A stretch of DNA of 64,000 bases, taken from positions 12,904 to 76,903 of IMG/VR virus record IMGVR_UViG_3300042543_000618; one strand, written 5' to 3'. The notes under the pieces are model-generated. The model was given only the letters and a program-made list of their open reading frames with translations, did not search any database and was not told the origin of the DNA. Each line of letters opens with the position of its first letter. Within the stretch, counting starts at the first letter, position 1. This stretch comes from a virus. Taxonomy: Duplodnaviria > Caudoviricetes. Made by a program: the position numbers and the translations under genes. Of this stretch, positions 62,241-64,000 are shown piece by piece.

Positions 62241-64000
62241 TTAGTTAGTGGGGACGCAATTGGGAACCATCTTGCCGCGCTTTTTCTTCATGCCTACCGC
62301 CTCGTAGCCCTCCCAGCATGGATCGTCATCAGCCTCCTTACTGAGGTCGGCTACAAACTGCTCCCAACTGGTGCCAGCCTTGCGTAGGACGGCGCGGTGA
62401 TGGTCGAAGATATAGGGCACGCCCATTAGGGTAAATACGGGGCTAGCCGCTTTGTTGAGGTCAGCCAGCTCGGCGGGAATGTTTTGACGGTTATCAATCC
62501 ACCATTTGGCATCGGTGGGGAGGTCTTTTCCTTTCTCTCTTAGCTCACCAACAAGGTCCATATTTTTCCTGGCAATATCCTTTGCCCACTTAATTTGCTT
62601 TTCACTACCCTTAAAATCCGCCTGCCTCATCCATTGCTCTGCTGGATGGGCGGCGATCGCCTGCTCCCGTTGTTTTACTTTTTCTGGCGTGTAATTTGGC
62701 GTAAAGGATTCTCCCTCGCGCGGCTCTAGCGCCTCATTGACCAACCGCAACAACCGCCTCATGTGGAGATCTTCCACCGTTTTAGGCTTGGCTGATGGGG
62801 AGTCATCGGGCGGCGGTGCGTCCCACTTTTTCTCTTTTTGTCTGCCATAGGCTTCTAGCTTTGGATTCGCGTCAGCATAAGCCTCCATCAACGCCATGGC
62901 CTTAGCAAAGTCAGAAAACTGGTTCTTTTTGTTGCCTAGCCTAGCGGAAATAGATTGGCTGGCGCTTTCAAGCAAGTTGGCAATATCAGCGTCGTCGTAG
63001 TCCCTTTCAGGCTTCCCATACCGATCAGGGATCTTCTCGGCGCTAAAATTCCTCAGCTTGTCCTCAAAAAAGTCGCCAATCCTTTGCCACTCTTCAGGCG
63101 GATGCTTTTCAGCCATGGCGATCCATTTTTTCGCCCCGCCCTCCGGTGGATAGCGCAGGATGGGAGAGTAGGTGCCTACTTCCACCTTAGCCGGTTCTAT
63201 GGTCAGCTCATCCCGTCGCGCAAACCCTCCGCCCCTTGATGTGCCATCACCACCGCCGCCGCGACTGGTGCCGCTAATTACCCTGGATGATACGCCGGAC
63301 CCTCCCTCTGGCTTTTCTGGTCGGGGTGCAGGCGGTGTTGTGTCCTTTGCTTTTTTGGCTTCAGGTTTCTTCCGTGCCTTAGCTGGCTTTTTAGGTCCCT
63401 CAGGCTCGTCCTCGTCGTCGCTCTCTGCCTTTTTCTTTGAGCCTAAAACCTTTGGCTTGTCCTCGTAGGGGATAAATTTACCACCCTCGTACCATTCACC
63501 GTTTGGGCCATACTCGCCGCCCGCTTTGGCGCGTCGCTGCCTAGGGCTATCATCATCATCGCTTGTCGTTTCCGCTGGTTTGCGTCGGCTTTTAGCCTTG
63601 GTGGTAGGCGCGTCTGGCTCCTCCACAGCCGGACCGATCGCACCCCCTCCCGCCTCAAGGTCTTCGCCCACCATTTCAGGTACATCGTCAACCACCTCAA
63701 GAGGATCTTGAAAGGGACCGTCTGCGTAGTCTGCTACTTGGTTGGCGATCGCCTTTAGTTGATCAATGGGAATCCTTGTCTTTTCGCCAGTATACGGATG
63801 AACGCGATCTACATAGCCTCGGTTTGGCGTCAGAACCAATTCGCCTGGAGTGAGTTGGTATAGGCGGGTCATCGTAGGCGCATACACTGTCTGCCCGTCA
63901 GCAAGTGCAGCTTCTACGGCTTTAACAATTGACTCGTTAAAGTCACCGTATCTTTTGCCCATCTGGATTTCAGCTTGCTTCCGTCCTTCTCGCTCTGCTT
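62241..64000 (-). CDS. Large charged protein (5' end outside window) with C-terminal leader-like motif
   Basis: Frame open to the window end; ...LNKAASPVFTLMGVPY...AVLRKAG...PCWEGYEAVGMKKKRGKMVPNCVP. Confidence 0.75.
   Translation of the reverse strand, partial: AEREGRKQAEIQMGKRYGDFNESIVKAVEAALADGQTVYAPTMTRLYQLTPGELVLTPNRGYVDRVHPYTGEKTRIPIDQLKAIANQVADYADGPFQDPLEVVDDVPEMVGEDLEAGGGAIGPAVEEPDAPTTKAKSRRKPAETTSDDDDSPRQRRAKAGGEYGPNGEWYEGGKFIPYEDKPKVLGSKKKAESDDEDEPEGPKKPAKARKKPEAKKAKDTTPPAPRPEKPEGGSGVSSRVISGTSRGGGGDGTSRGGGFARRDELTIEPAKVEVGTYSPILRYPPEGGAKKWIAMAEKHPPEEWQRIGDFFEDKLRNFSAEKIPDRYGKPERDYDDADIANLLESASQSISARLGNKKNQFSDFAKAMALMEAYADANPKLEAYGRQKEKKWDAPPPDDSPSAKPKTVEDLHMRRLLRLVNEALEPREGESFTPNYTPEKVKQREQAIAAHPAEQWMRQADFKGSEKQIKWAKDIARKNMDLVGELREKGKDLPTDAKWWIDNRQNIPAELADLNKAASPVFTLMGVPYIFDHHRAVLRKAGTSWEQFVADLSKEADDDPCWEGYEAVGMKKKRGKMVPNCVPTN

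Larger units (their letters stand above)
1..64000. mobile_element. Temperate myovirus-type cyanophage/prophage genome segment (incomplete at both ends)
   Basis: Terminase, capsid, protease, sheath, tube, tape measure, baseplate, endolysin and serine integrase genes; HIP1-rich; no host housekeeping operons. Confidence 0.95.

Overview
The whole 64 kb window is part of a large temperate, contractile-tailed (myovirus-type) cyanophage or prophage. No flanking host chromosome or att junction is visible, and the genome continues past both ends (no portal gene seen). Dense HIP1 (GCGATCGC) sites and cyanobacteria-type genes (NblA-like, DUF2811-like, XisF-like serine recombinase) point to a HIP1-rich, probably filamentous, cyanobacterial host. 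Modules from left to right: terminase (+), large serine recombinase (+), replication and regulation (-), a plus-strand membrane-protein island, tail fibre/baseplate/lysis/tape measure/tube/sheath/neck/capsid/scaffold/protease (-), DNA-metabolism and host-takeover genes (-), and head-associated proteins (-). Most notable: (1) six dispersed genes share a leader ending in L-x-K-A, the motif also seen at the capsid, scaffold and protease boundaries, fused to unrelated payloads including a Dps domain, suggesting a modular capsid-cargo system; (2) an unannotated ~370-nt structured RNA unit with its own sigma70 promoter and terminator inside the tail module; (3) a stand-alone secreted small protein carrying RGTGR, the HetR-inhibiting PatX/PatS-type motif; (4) an NblA-like gene, a four-site operator regulon, a two-frame C5 methyltransferase and a -1 frameshifted tail chaperone. 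All calls come from reading motifs by eye; no searches were run.
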